Counted from the first letter of the stretch, positions 1 to 9,915 are shown. The stretch: DNA of 64,000 bases from a virus (IMGVR_UViG_3300007171_000004:192001-256000), one strand, 5' to 3'. Program-made: numbers and translations. The notes: generated by a model from the letters alone, not told the origin.

Positions 1-1407
1 TTCTCTTCTATTATCTTTTGATGCCCATACTAACATTCCATTACTATCAGAAGCAGTTGCAATGCCTCCTCCAATAGGTTCACCCATCATTACAGCAGGT
101 TCTAATATTCTTCCAACATTTCCAGCAGATGTATAGTTTAAATTAGCCATCTGTTGTGGTTGTTGAAGTTGAGGAGCTGCAGGTTGTCCTTGATTGATAG
201 GTCTTTGTTGTGCGGTTTGTCCAGTATCAACACCATCATCAATAATATCTTGCATTGTAGATTGTAAATCAGCCATAGACTTAGTGATTTTACCTACATG
301 TGCAAGATCGATGTTATCTTTCCTTGAGAACATATTCATCACAGCAACTTCCAAGAAATTCAGTGATAAATTAATCAAGTCTAAGATATTTAAGCCAGCT
401 CTTGGGTCGATTCCTAAAGCTTGCATGACAGCAGAAACAGTAGCATTTTGTCCTGCTCCTGGTTGTGCTAAGAGTTGTCCACCTACAAGAGTTCCAGCGC
501 TTTGTGCTAATCTGACTGCAGTATTAACAGTATGATTTGCTGTTTTAAGAGCTTGTTGATGTTCAGGAGATTCGTTTAAATGAAATGCTACTGCGATATT
601 TTTGTATAGTTCGTTAGCTTTCTTTTCTAATTGTCCAGCAGCTTGAAGAATTTCGTCTACATCGTAAATTTCTTCGATTTCACAGGATTCAAAAGCTCCA
701 TCGCCTACACAAGAGAGTTCAATAAATTTAACCCCATAGTTTTTTTCGTAGATGTGCTTTCCAGAATTAGGATGTTTCTTACCTTTCCACTTTTTAAGAC
801 AATCGCAGTAATCTTTTTCAGTGTAGGCTTTATTTGAACAATTAGAGCAGATACCGTATTCCACAGAAGCTCCCATAGAAACGTCATGGATTACTCCAGT
901 TCTAATATTTCTTGCAATATCTGGATAAGCTTCTTCATCTACGAAATAGGTACAGAAAACACAATTTTCTTTTTCGTCCCATTCTGCATATACAACCATA
1001 CCTTTAGCTTGTTCAATATCATCATTTTTATGGTTTGTATAGATTGGTACGCCTTCGAAAGTTTTATAAGAAGGGATTTTTTCGCCTTTAATTTCAACTT
1101 CTTTTAATAATTCTTCTTTACTAAAGTAATCGCCATTTGCATTTACTACATCTGCATCGATAGCTCTAGCACGAACCCAAAGAAGTTTTGCACCCTTTCT
1201 AGATTGCATTTCCTTAACGATATCGAAATCTTTATATTTTTTGAAAACATCATCAGGATTTGCATAGAGTGATTGAAGGCCAATTTTAGCAGCTTCTCTA
1301 AAATTTGTAGAAGCTGTTTTTAGAAGATGTTCTTTTACAAGTTCTCTATCATTAATATCTAGAAAACTCTCAATTGTAATTCTTCCACCTTTGGCAAACT
1401 TAAGCAT
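1..1407 (-). CDS. Prohead (capsid maturation) serine protease with C-terminal scaffold-like extension; runs off the left window edge (not in ORF track)
   Basis: Manual translation from ATG at 1407 stays open to base 1: MLKFAKGG...RAIDADVVNANGDYFSKEEL...YKTFEGVPIYTNHK...DVSMGASV...FIELSCVGDGAF. The NH, SMG and ELSxV motifs fit the HK97 gp4/assemblin-type protease. It lies directly downstream of the portal gene. Confidence 0.85.
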   Translation of the reverse strand, partial: MLKFAKGGRITIESFLDINDRELVKEHLLKTASTNFREAAKIGLQSLYANPDDVFKKYKDFDIVKEMQSRKGAKLLWVRARAIDADVVNANGDYFSKEELLKEVEIKGEKIPSYKTFEGVPIYTNHKNDDIEQAKGMVVYAEWDEKENCVFCTYFVDEEAYPDIARNIRTGVIHDVSMGASVEYGICSNCSNKAYTEKDYCDCLKKWKGKKHPNSGKHIYEKNYGVKFIELSCVGDGAFESCEIEEIYDVDEILQAAGQLEKKANELYKNIAVAFHLNESPEHQQALKTANHTVNTAVRLAQSAGTLVGGQLLAQPGAGQNATVSAVMQALGIDPRAGLNILDLINLSLNFLEVAVMNMFSRKDNIDLAHVGKITKSMADLQSTMQDIIDDGVDTGQTAQQRPINQGQPAAPQLQQPQQMANLNYTSAGNVGRILEPAVMMGEPIGGGIATASDSNGMLVWASKDNRRE

Positions 1408-1446
1408 ATAATATAATTCTCCGATCAGAGACTAGTCTTAATTTCT

Positions 1447-1472
1447 GTTCTAGAATTTGCCTCTAAATTCCT
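1447..1472 (-). promoter_or_regulatory. SigH-type promoter candidate AGGA-N18-GAAC upstream of the prohead protease gene
   Basis: Minus strand acAGGAatttagaggcaaattctaGAAC, ending 40 nt before the ATG; fits the B. subtilis sigma-H consensus (AGGAWWW...GAAT). Confidence 0.6.
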
Positions 1473-1487
1473 GTTATTTGTACAGAT

Positions 1488-3893
1488 TTAAACAAATTCT
1501 TCTGTCATATTAGAGTTACCCAATTTTTTTCTAATAGCTTGGGAAATGACATTAATTACATCTTGTGAATGTTCTTTAAGTTCTTTATCGGTAAATCTTA
1601 ATACAGTCCATCCATTGGCAGAAAGTTCAATATCTCTTCTTTTATCCCTAGCAATTTTTTCAGGATTATTGTGCCAAATTTCTCCATCGGCTTCAATTGC
1701 AATGCCTAATTCTGGAATAGCAGCATCTAGTTGATAATCCATTGTAGGTCCAGCTAAATATTGTCCATAAATTGCAAAAGGAAGATTCATAGAAAGAAGC
1801 ATGCTGTAAAGTGATTTTTCTAGACTTGTGAACATTTGTGCTTGAGGTCTATTTAGTTTCTTTTTAGCATATCTGTATCTAATATTTTCATCTTCAGAAT
1901 TTTGCCAGGATGAGAAAACTTGATTTGCTTCATAATTAACTGGGAAAGAAAATTCTCCTCCAAATTCAGCAATTCTTAGGCTATTTCCAAAGCCATCATA
2001 TTCCTCTGGTAATGCTCCTAAGTTTCCTCTTCCTGTCACTGGTGTAATTGATTTAAGGAAAAGTTCATGAGCAACAGATTTAAATTTAACGGAAGCTAGT
2101 CTTTGATTAGAATCTTGTAAATGTCCATTAAGTTTGTCTTTGTAGATTTCATTAATAACATTTGAAGCTAATCTATATGTTTCTGTTTTAGTCTTAGCGG
2201 TAGGAGCTGGTCCCGGTGCTGGTGCTGGTGCTGGAGGAGGTGCAGGAGCTCCCATTGGTGGTGCTCCTATACCCATATCTGGAGCACCCATTCCCATACC
2301 AGGCTCAGGCATTGCTGGTCCACCGCCTGTAAATCCTTGTCCTGTCACTGGTCCTGAAGAGAATCCTGTAAGCATGTCTGTATTAGCAATATTAGGATTG
2401 TTTACAAAACCTGATCCTTGTTCAAATCTTAATCTTTCAATTTCCTGATCTGGGTCAAGTCCAAAAGATTCAATAAGAGTCATATTAGAAATAACTCCAT
2501 TTGAATTAGCAGTAACAAGCATTTGAAGCTTTCCTGTATCGTCTCTTAATTGAAGATCATCGAATTTAATTTTAGGATAGATAATTTCATCTTGTCCTCT
2601 TTCGCCTTCAACAACAAAACCATTCCAGATTGCCACTTGTTTGAAAAGTTGTTCTTCAATCCAGTGTGCAACTTCTCTTCGGAAAGTTTCAAGTCTTTGG
2701 GCCATAGCAAGAAGACCAACTTGAGCATTTCCATATGTAGGACCTTCACCATTAAGTAGAGCCTTGTTGAGCATAAGACCATCTAAAATTTCTTGGTCAA
2801 TTAATTCATATTCGTTAGTTAATTGAAGAACCTTGCCAGAAGCACCATAAAATTCAAAATCAAAAGCATGGTGAGTAACAAGTGTGAGGTTAGGGTCATT
2901 TGCAATTGTGGCTAATTCTTCCTGAACATTGTCAATATCTTCTTGTGATGCAGGTCTTTGATCATTACCTACCTTGACAATTTTAATAGGGAGAATATGT
3001 CTTTCAGCGACTAACCATTGTGATTGTCTTAATTTATCTTTATATGCTAATGTTGGGAATAATGGTCTAATCATAGGTGTGCCATAATCTTCCCAAGGGT
3101 TAGATCCATGTTTAAAGTGCTTGATAGAAATAGGGTTTAATTTAATTGGTTCTCCCCTAAGTATCATTTTCTTTACTGAATCTGGAATTTGATCATAATA
3201 TTCTCTTGGTTGTTTTTCTTGGACAATTCTAATTTCTTCTGCGGATGGTCTGTAAACATATTGTCCTTCTTGATCAATCATTCCGGGCATTTTCATTACA
3301 CTATCAGGATTTAAAATAGAGATAGATTTCCAAGTTGCGCCTTCATGTTGACATTCTTGGTTCTTCTTAGTATCCCAGTTTGAACCATGACAGTGAGGAC
3401 AATCAATTGAGGCTAAAACAAATACATCTCCAAGTAAATGATAAACCTTGGATATTTCTGGGAGCCACTTTTGGAAATTAAGTTTTTGAATGAGTTTCTC
3501 GAAATAATCTTTGACATACGAGGAAGAACATTCGAGTTTCCATCCAGAGAAAGGGTAGTTAGTGTAGAAATTGATACCAGCTGCAATTTTAGGTTCATTA
3601 TTTCTCCACCAGTTCGCCCATAAATAAACTTCTTTTCGTGCATTTGGAATTTGGAATGAAGTAGCAGTAAGGAATGGGGAATAAAAGTTAGGAGATGTTG
3701 TAATATTACCAGACATCTGTGAAAACTTAGTCATATTTGGAGAAACATTTGCTCCAAGAGATGATGCAGCTCTAGATGATGCATAGGCTCTATCAATATT
3801 AAAGCCTTCGGATCCTGTTACTCTTTCTCCGGTTACTGTTTGAGCTGCAGTTTTAAATACTGTTTGTAATGATGAAATGTTTTCTGTTGACAA
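1488..3893 (-). CDS. Portal protein with Pro-rich linker and C-terminal DUF559/Vsr-like endonuclease domain
   Basis: Portal-like N-terminal ~500 aa (WRNNEPKIAAGINFYTNYPF; WEDYGTPMIRPLFPTLAYKDKLRQ; ILDGLMLNKALLNGEG). C-terminal DAAIPELGIAIEADGEIWH...RDKRRDIELSANGWTVLRF matches the DUF559 pattern. Located next to the protease gene. Confidence 0.85.
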   Translation of the reverse strand: MSTENISSLQTVFKTAAQTVTGERVTGSEGFNIDRAYASSRAASSLGANVSPNMTKFSQMSGNITTSPNFYSPFLTATSFQIPNARKEVYLWANWWRNNEPKIAAGINFYTNYPFSGWKLECSSSYVKDYFEKLIQKLNFQKWLPEISKVYHLLGDVFVLASIDCPHCHGSNWDTKKNQECQHEGATWKSISILNPDSVMKMPGMIDQEGQYVYRPSAEEIRIVQEKQPREYYDQIPDSVKKMILRGEPIKLNPISIKHFKHGSNPWEDYGTPMIRPLFPTLAYKDKLRQSQWLVAERHILPIKIVKVGNDQRPASQEDIDNVQEELATIANDPNLTLVTHHAFDFEFYGASGKVLQLTNEYELIDQEILDGLMLNKALLNGEGPTYGNAQVGLLAMAQRLETFRREVAHWIEEQLFKQVAIWNGFVVEGERGQDEIIYPKIKFDDLQLRDDTGKLQMLVTANSNGVISNMTLIESFGLDPDQEIERLRFEQGSGFVNNPNIANTDMLTGFSSGPVTGQGFTGGGPAMPEPGMGMGAPDMGIGAPPMGAPAPPPAPAPAPGPAPTAKTKTETYRLASNVINEIYKDKLNGHLQDSNQRLASVKFKSVAHELFLKSITPVTGRGNLGALPEEYDGFGNSLRIAEFGGEFSFPVNYEANQVFSSWQNSEDENIRYRYAKKKLNRPQAQMFTSLEKSLYSMLLSMNLPFAIYGQYLAGPTMDYQLDAAIPELGIAIEADGEIWHNNPEKIARDKRRDIELSANGWTVLRFTDKELKEHSQDVINVISQAIRKKLGNSNMTEEFV

Positions 3894-3918
3894 TTTATTC
3901 TCCCGTTAATATTATACT

Positions 3919-4296
3919 TCAGTTTAATGTAATATTAGAAGGGAGATCTTGAAACATGTCAGCGCCTTTGCCAACGTTATATTGAGGTACGCCCCTAATA
4001 AGCATGTCTCCTCTAATATTCTCTGTACTACTCATAGATTGAAATACTGGATCATCTTCTCTTGTGTTTTTTAGTTGCTCTTCTAAAGTTAAAAACTCTG
4101 GAGAATCTTTTGATATTGATAATAAATCTAATAATTGATTTCTTTGTTGTTCAGATAATTTTCTGTATGCATCTAAACTAATTTGCATTTGATCTAATAA
4201 ATTTTTTACTTGAGGTAATAATTGTTCATCCTCTTGCAAATTAGGGGAAGAAATAATTCCTCCCCCAATAGAATTTTGTGCGATTCTATACCACAT
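3919..4296 (-). CDS. Hypothetical protein, probable virion-associated (starts MWYRIAQ)
   Basis: 125-aa ORF in the head module, coupled to the upstream gene (TAAATG). Confidence 0.65.
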   Translation of the reverse strand: MWYRIAQNSIGGGIISSPNLQEDEQLLPQVKNLLDQMQISLDAYRKLSEQQRNQLLDLLSISKDSPEFLTLEEQLKNTREDDPVFQSMSSTENIRGDMLIRGVPQYNVGKGADMFQDLPSNITLN

Positions 4297-5793
4297 TTAG
4301 TCTTCTCTTGAATCCTCTAAAAGGGAATCCAATCCTAGTTCGCTAGCAAAATGTTTCAAATCATCATCAGAATATTGATGTCCCCAATCAGCTTCTTCAG
4401 CTAAAAGTTCTTCAATAGTTTTTTCAATATCTTCGTTAGTTCTTTTGGATTCTAACTCTTCTTCTCTGGTAATTGGTTCTTTTTTTGCTGTTTTGTTAAG
4501 ATGTTGAGAAACTGTCATGTCATCTCCATCCCCAGCATCTTTGAGAATTTGTTCAATGTACCACTTAGGAGCATTTTGTTTCTTGAGAAGTTCTTCAGCA
4601 TATGTTTCGAATCTCTCGTCTCTTCTGGAAATTAAATTGTCAGATTCATTGAGATTTTCTTCAATTGTTGCTTCAGTGTCAAATTCATTGTGGGATTCTA
4701 CATCTCTCATAGAATCATGTTTGTTTGTTCTTGGTAATTGATCTTCAAGAACTTTATCTGTATGAGTTTGTGCAGTTTTGGTAGATTTCTCATCGTTTCT
4801 TCTACCTAAATCTGCTGGCTTGGCTTTCCCTAAAGATTCTTCAATAGATGTGAAATTATCTTTGTTTTTGTGGGATTTAGAAGCTTCAAATCTTGCTTCG
4901 TATCCAATTTCACCTTCAGTAATTTCATTTTCTCTATTACTGTCAGAAAGGTTTAAAAGATTCTTAGCATTGTCAGGATGTCTATGAACATTAAGTCTAT
5001 TTTCCATCTTGGCATGTGTATCAGCAGTAACTCTTAACCAATCTTGATATGCACATGTAACGGAACCATCTTTTGCAATTCTAGAATCAATGCAGTTTTC
5101 TCTACACTTGCTTGTTTCCATAGGTACTGCATGACCGAGTTCAACTTTACCCTTTGGACATAGGAGATATGGTTCATTTCCCTGAGTTGATAATGAGGTG
5201 TAAGCAAGTCTTGTAGATTTTGTAGGAGTAATGGCATCAAAAGCTAATTTAATAGTATCTTTAGCTTCTTCAATATTTGCTGAAAGAATTTGATCCTTTG
5301 CAATATTGGCAATCTTTTTCATTTCAAGGGATGAATCTGAAATGATATATTGAATTGCGTTAAGAGCTTCTAATTGATGATGTCCTGGAGAAGATTTTGC
5401 AATTTTAGATGCAATTCTTTCCATTTGTGCAGCTTCATCATCTTCCATGCTTGCTAAAGAAGCGTAAGCATGTCTCAGAGCTTTTCTATGTTCGGATAGT
5501 CTAAAAGCTGATAGATTGTTAAATAAATCCTGAAGATGGTTTATAGGATTATTACCACTCATGATTTTGATAACTCTTACTGGACCGCCTAAAGAATTGA
5601 AATGATTTACTGTTGGATCTTGACTATTGAAATCAGAACCTTCTAATAAATTAAAAGGATGTTCAATTTTCTTGTGTAATGCATCAACAGAATCTTTAAT
5701 AGCTTGAAGTAATCCGCTGCCAGAAATTAAATTCTTTGCTTTTTCTGGATCATGTGTGTGATATTTTGTTGTAACTTTAAATCCTTTAGCCAT
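4297..5793 (-). CDS. Hypothetical charged protein with Cys cluster, probable head-associated
   Basis: About 498 aa. ATG at 5793 overlaps the upstream stop (the track uses TTG at 5805). Contains CPKG...CRENC...CAY and several [KR]xA sites. Confidence 0.7.
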   Translation of the reverse strand: MAKGFKVTTKYHTHDPEKAKNLISGSGLLQAIKDSVDALHKKIEHPFNLLEGSDFNSQDPTVNHFNSLGGPVRVIKIMSGNNPINHLQDLFNNLSAFRLSEHRKALRHAYASLASMEDDEAAQMERIASKIAKSSPGHHQLEALNAIQYIISDSSLEMKKIANIAKDQILSANIEEAKDTIKLAFDAITPTKSTRLAYTSLSTQGNEPYLLCPKGKVELGHAVPMETSKCRENCIDSRIAKDGSVTCAYQDWLRVTADTHAKMENRLNVHRHPDNAKNLLNLSDSNRENEITEGEIGYEARFEASKSHKNKDNFTSIEESLGKAKPADLGRRNDEKSTKTAQTHTDKVLEDQLPRTNKHDSMRDVESHNEFDTEATIEENLNESDNLISRRDERFETYAEELLKKQNAPKWYIEQILKDAGDGDDMTVSQHLNKTAKKEPITREEELESKRTNEDIEKTIEELLAEEADWGHQYSDDDLKHFASELGLDSLLEDSRED

Positions 5794-6682
5794 TTTTGCC
5801 CCCAAGCCCTAAATTTTGAACTAACTCTAAATCATAATCTCTTGCTTTGAGAGCTTTTTTAATTAGTTCTAACTCTTTTTTAGCAAGATTCTTATCAACT
5901 GGTTCTTTTCCATCATTCCCAACAGTCTTTTTATCTGTATCTACTACTGACATAAGAAAGATTGCTCTATTAATAAGATCGATAGTCGAAATTTTGTTAT
6001 AATCTTGCTCTACATCATAAATTGTTTCTGCTGCAGTTCTTAAATTGACATCAGAAGAACTTTTGGTTTTTCTTTCTTTTTTCTTATTATAGTCTTTTAC
6101 AAGGTCAACAGCTTTTTCAATAGTTTCGTTATTCCAATATTTTTGCTTTGATAAATATCTAACAATATCAGATTTTTCAATCCCATGGTCTAATAACTTT
6201 CCAACCTTACCCATTAAAACTCTAAATGGATTGCCTCTAGTTTTTTTCTTCTTTTTAGGGGCTTGGGCAACTTTTAAATTAAATTTGACAGTTGCTTCTT
6301 TAGTATTATTTTCCATTGGATTTTCCTTAAAACCATCTAATCTATTTAATTGGCGATATAATCTCTGAGCTAATTCTTTTGCATTAGGATCTTTTTTGCC
6401 AGTAGCTGGATCTTTTGTTTCTCTTCTAGGATCATTCGCTAAGTCAATTGCTCTAATAATAATGCCTAATTTCTTTTTGACATTTTCATCTTGTACTTTG
6501 AGAATAAAATCTTCATAAACAGCTTTTAATTCTTTAATCTTTTCAGAATCAGCATTAATTGTTTCTTTTAAGAGTTTATTTAATTGATTTTTTGAAACTC
6601 TACTAGAATCGCCACCACCTAAGTGAATGTTATTAATACCATTTGCTGGATTTGAAGCTATACCTGCATTCTCAGAATACAT
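5786..6682 (-). CDS. Hypothetical Lys-rich protein, probable head-associated
   Basis: 298-aa ORF with KVAQAPKKKKKTRGNPFR; coupled to its neighbours. Confidence 0.7.
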   Translation of the reverse strand: MYSENAGIASNPANGINNIHLGGGDSSRVSKNQLNKLLKETINADSEKIKELKAVYEDFILKVQDENVKKKLGIIIRAIDLANDPRRETKDPATGKKDPNAKELAQRLYRQLNRLDGFKENPMENNTKEATVKFNLKVAQAPKKKKKTRGNPFRVLMGKVGKLLDHGIEKSDIVRYLSKQKYWNNETIEKAVDLVKDYNKKKERKTKSSSDVNLRTAAETIYDVEQDYNKISTIDLINRAIFLMSVVDTDKKTVGNDGKEPVDKNLAKKELELIKKALKARDYDLELVQNLGLGGKNG

Positions 6683-7507
6683 TTAGTCCTCTTTGTCAAA
6701 ATCAAGATTAACTCTATTATAAATTTGATTAATTGTTTGTGCGCTTAATTCAGCTCTAGATTCAAATTCTTCTCTAGCCTTCTTCTCTAAAGCTAACTTA
6801 GATTCTCTTCTTTGTGCAGCTGTTGCAACTCTTAAAGCTTCTCTTTCATCAAGTGCTTTAAGGTCTACAGCGCCAAAAGATGCATCATAAGCATAATCTG
6901 TAGAAGATCTAAGAATATTATGTCCTCTTGAATTAACAACATTGGATTTTCTAAGCTCATTCATCTTTGAAGATTCCCAAGATTGATGCTTGGATGCTCT
7001 AGCTTCTCTTTGTTGTTGTTGATCAACAATAGCTTGTTGTGAGGTAGCTTCTTGGCTTTGCTTGAAAGATTCTGCAATATCAATCATATCAGGATTGAAA
7101 ATCGATGCAGATCTAGATAACATAGCTGCCATATAATCTTCAGATGAGAATGCCTTCAATCCACTAGTTAATGTTCTAGCGTTATCACCTTCATCATAAG
7201 CATATGAGGATCTCTTGATTGTCTCAGCACTCAAACCAGCTGTTCTCTCAATCTCTGCAACTCTTTCTTCAAAAGATAAATCTCTCAATTCATTGTAGAG
7301 AGATGGTCCTTGAATTTTTTCCCAGCTGTTGTTCTTAAAACTGGCTTCTTTATTAAATCCAGTTTGCTTTGCAATCTTAGTTCTATTGTCCTGAGAATTT
7401 GCCTTTAATTCAGCATATGGGTCATCGTTCTCTGGAGTGCCAAAGAAACTCTTTTCCAAAATTGATGGAATCTGTTCGATTTGTGAAACTTTCTTGAATT
7501 TACTCAT
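6683..7507 (-). CDS. Hypothetical helical protein, probable head-associated
   Basis: 274-aa ORF with a coiled-coil-like C-terminal half. Confidence 0.7.
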   Translation of the reverse strand: MSKFKKVSQIEQIPSILEKSFFGTPENDDPYAELKANSQDNRTKIAKQTGFNKEASFKNNSWEKIQGPSLYNELRDLSFEERVAEIERTAGLSAETIKRSSYAYDEGDNARTLTSGLKAFSSEDYMAAMLSRSASIFNPDMIDIAESFKQSQEATSQQAIVDQQQQREARASKHQSWESSKMNELRKSNVVNSRGHNILRSSTDYAYDASFGAVDLKALDEREALRVATAAQRRESKLALEKKAREEFESRAELSAQTINQIYNRVNLDFDKED

Positions 7508-7540
7508 ATCTTTTCCCTATTAAGCCCTAAAAATACTCAA

Positions 7541-7563
7541 TCCCCCTGTTATTCACAGGGGGA
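7541..7563 (-). terminator. Hairpin, probable intrinsic terminator or RNA processing site
   Basis: tccccctgt-tattc-acaggggga, a 9-bp stem between the 7586 and 7507 ORFs; the U-tract is weak. Confidence 0.55.
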
Positions 7564-7585
7564 ATTATCTCGAAGGGTTTATAAT

Positions 7586-8494
7586 TTAGTCGTATTTCTT
7601 AGTGAATAACTCGTCAATCCACTCTTGGTCGCCGTAACCAAGTTCTTCCTTCCAATATCTCTTAAGTCTGTCATAGTCAGCATTTGTAAGAGTTGCGACC
7701 TTTACGAGGCCTGTAACTGCTGCCTTCTTGACATTACCTGTGAGTTCGGATGCCATAACATTCTTGATTTCAGTAACTTCATTGCTCTCTGTGTGAACAG
7801 GAGTTCCAAGCATTGCATCGATATACTCTTGTGGGAATCCAGCTGCTTGAGCCTTCTTGATGAATGCAGTCTTTGCTGCAGAATTAGCTTCAGAAACCTT
7901 TACAAAGGTAGCTTCAGGAGCTGCAACCTTGACATTCTTCTTTGCTGCATTTTGAGCTTCTACAATCTTTTCAATCTTGTTAGCTAAACGAACTCTGCGC
8001 TCATGTCTAGCTGCAAGGATTGCATTTACCAATGGTTGATCACCAGCTGCAATAGCTGACTCAACTGCTTCAGCAGAAAGCTGACTTGGGTGATTGAAAT
8101 GAATTTGTCTATTTGCCTTCACGTCTTTACCTCTAACAACCTTTTCATGTTCTGTTTCATTCATAGCTTCTGTATCATCATCAGCTTCGCCGTCTTCGTC
8201 TTCAGTTTCTTCAACTTCTTCTTCGACTACAGCGCCATCTTCGTCTTCATCATCATCGTCGTCTTCTTCATCATCAGAATCTTCAGCAAGAGCTTTGAGA
8301 GCTGCTAAAACAGCATCTTCATCGCCTTCTGCAGTCACATGATTCTTGAAATGCTCAACGAGTTCTTTTGGCATCTTTGGGCTTTTCTTCTTGGCTTCAA
8401 CAATGTTTAAGCCTTCCCAGTTGATACCTTGATACACGAGTTCAGAGTCAAGTTCACCCTCTTGAACACGGTTTGGAAAAATTCTATCTGCCAT
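7586..8494 (-). CDS. Acidic scaffold/core-like hypothetical protein
   Basis: 302 aa with a long D/E tract (EDSDDEEDDDDDEDEDG...) and Ala/Lys-rich helices; has its own promoter candidate. Confidence 0.65.
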   Translation of the reverse strand: MADRIFPNRVQEGELDSELVYQGINWEGLNIVEAKKKSPKMPKELVEHFKNHVTAEGDEDAVLAALKALAEDSDDEEDDDDDEDEDGAVVEEEVEETEDEDGEADDDTEAMNETEHEKVVRGKDVKANRQIHFNHPSQLSAEAVESAIAAGDQPLVNAILAARHERRVRLANKIEKIVEAQNAAKKNVKVAAPEATFVKVSEANSAAKTAFIKKAQAAGFPQEYIDAMLGTPVHTESNEVTEIKNVMASELTGNVKKAAVTGLVKVATLTNADYDRLKRYWKEELGYGDQEWIDELFTKKYD

Positions 8495-8530
8495 ATTTTT
8501 TAGTTCCTTCGAGAAGAGTACAGAAAAAAA

Positions 8531-8556
8531 GTTCTTTATTAAAGCTTAATTTTCCT
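8531..8556 (-). promoter_or_regulatory. SigH-type promoter candidate AGGA-N18-GAAC
   Basis: Minus strand gcAGGAaaattaagctttaataaaGAAC, ending 37 nt before ATG 8494. Confidence 0.6.
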
Positions 8557-8587
8557 GCTAAATTAATATATTTAATTATAGTTTTTA

Positions 8588-8962
8588 TTACTTAGTTTCC
8601 TTGAAAACTTGTAATTCTCTATCCTTATACCAAATTCTGTCACCAATTTTAATGTCATTATCCTTAAAAGCATCTTTTCTAGCTTCTACTACATAACGAA
8701 CTTTGCTTGATTTTGGAGACTTCATTGTGCTGTCATTTTTCTTTAAATCAACAAAATCTACAATTCTTGAATTTTCATCTAAGAAAGCTAATGAAAGATC
8801 AAAGCTTACATTCTGATTCCAAAAACTATATTTATCTGGTGTGTTAAAAATAAAAATAACAGCTTCATCATCTTCAAGAGGTTCAGCAAACATCAGACCT
8901 TTTGTTCTTTTTTGGTCTGTGTCTGCAACGAATCTTACTTTAAAGACGAAATCGGGGGTCAT
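8588..8962 (-). CDS. DUF192 family protein
   Basis: VADTDQKRTKGLMF..L....AVIFIF......FWNQNV.FDLSLAFLD...I...YVVEA......IKIGD matches the DUF192 pattern. Confidence 0.85.
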   Translation of the reverse strand: MTPDFVFKVRFVADTDQKRTKGLMFAEPLEDDEAVIFIFNTPDKYSFWNQNVSFDLSLAFLDENSRIVDFVDLKKNDSTMKSPKSSKVRYVVEARKDAFKDNDIKIGDRIWYKDRELQVFKETK

Positions 8963-9462
8963 ATCTTTTTAAATTTAGACGAAGAAGCAGTTTTAACAGA
9001 AGCGGTCTTAACTGATTTTGCTTCTGTGTAATCAAACTTAGTCTTCTTTCTTGCCTTTCTAAATTCATTAACTGGATTATTTAAATAATGATCTCTTAAT
9101 GCAATTCTAGCCTTATCAGTAAGAGTTACGCTTCTTCCGTAACCTTGTAATAATCCAGCAGTTTTTAAATATAAGAGTTCATTATCAGAAATATCTCCAG
9201 GAACGCTACAAAACTTATCACCATTTCTAGTGTTTAAAGCTAATCCTGCAGCAGTTGTAATAGTATCTACATTCTTGTCAATCATCTCAAGAAGTTGAAT
9301 ATCTCTTTCAGAAACTCTTGCGGATGTCTTCTTATTATCATGCTCAGTTACACCTAATAATTGCAACTGAAGACCTGACATACCTGAATCGCTAAGACCT
9401 TTAAAATCAAAAAGTTCTTCATGTAAATCTAACTTATGTACTGGCTTAACTGGTAATGGCAT
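8959..9462 (-). CDS. Hypothetical protein with possible winged-helix-like segment; C-terminal VKTASVKTASS
   Basis: 167-aa ORF with SD AGGAG; ELLYLKTAGLLQGYGRSVTLTDKAR resembles a wHTH wing. Confidence 0.65.
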   Translation of the reverse strand: MPLPVKPVHKLDLHEELFDFKGLSDSGMSGLQLQLLGVTEHDNKKTSARVSERDIQLLEMIDKNVDTITTAAGLALNTRNGDKFCSVPGDISDNELLYLKTAGLLQGYGRSVTLTDKARIALRDHYLNNPVNEFRKARKKTKFDYTEAKSVKTASVKTASSSKFKKI

Positions 9463-9471
9463 ATAATTCTC

Positions 9472-9915
9472 CTATCTTAATGGACCGTATTTAATTCCTG
9501 GGTTATTTGCTTTTTCTTTTTCTATATTCTCGTCTAAAAAATCATCTAATTCTCTTAAACCTGGATTAGACATTGTAAATCCATCTTCGTAAATTAAAGC
9601 TGGACCGGGTACATCAGCTTCTCCATGTAACTGCTCTTCAATACCCTTAATTCCTTCATCTCCATCAGGCAAATCGTTGTATGTAGGAATTTTGTCTCTA
9701 TAATGTTTGTTTCTTAAAAAATCTGCATGACTGAAATCGTATGCAACATCTTTCCATTTTGTCATATGCCCAGAAAGATCATATGTAGTGTCGCTAATTG
9801 ATGGAATAATTTGAGCGATTTTAATATTAATAAGATCTGCAGAGTTAAATAGGCCGAGCTTGTCATAATAGTCGGCTTTTTTAATTAGTTTTAAAATCTT
9901 TTCAGTTGCTTTCAT
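9472..9915 (-). CDS. Hypothetical protein with N-terminal LxxxAxxxDxxGxFxxAD helix motif
   Basis: 147-aa ORF starting MKATEKILKLIKKADYYDKLGLFNSADLINIKIAQ. Confidence 0.7.
   Translation of the reverse strand: MKATEKILKLIKKADYYDKLGLFNSADLINIKIAQIIPSISDTTYDLSGHMTKWKDVAYDFSHADFLRNKHYRDKIPTYNDLPDGDEGIKGIEEQLHGEADVPGPALIYEDGFTMSNPGLRELDDFLDENIEKEKANNPGIKYGPLR

Noticed and set aside
1530-1835. Portal DUF559 domain as an intein endonuclease
   Set aside because: There are no flanking intein blocks or HN/C-S-T junction, and the domain is C-terminal.
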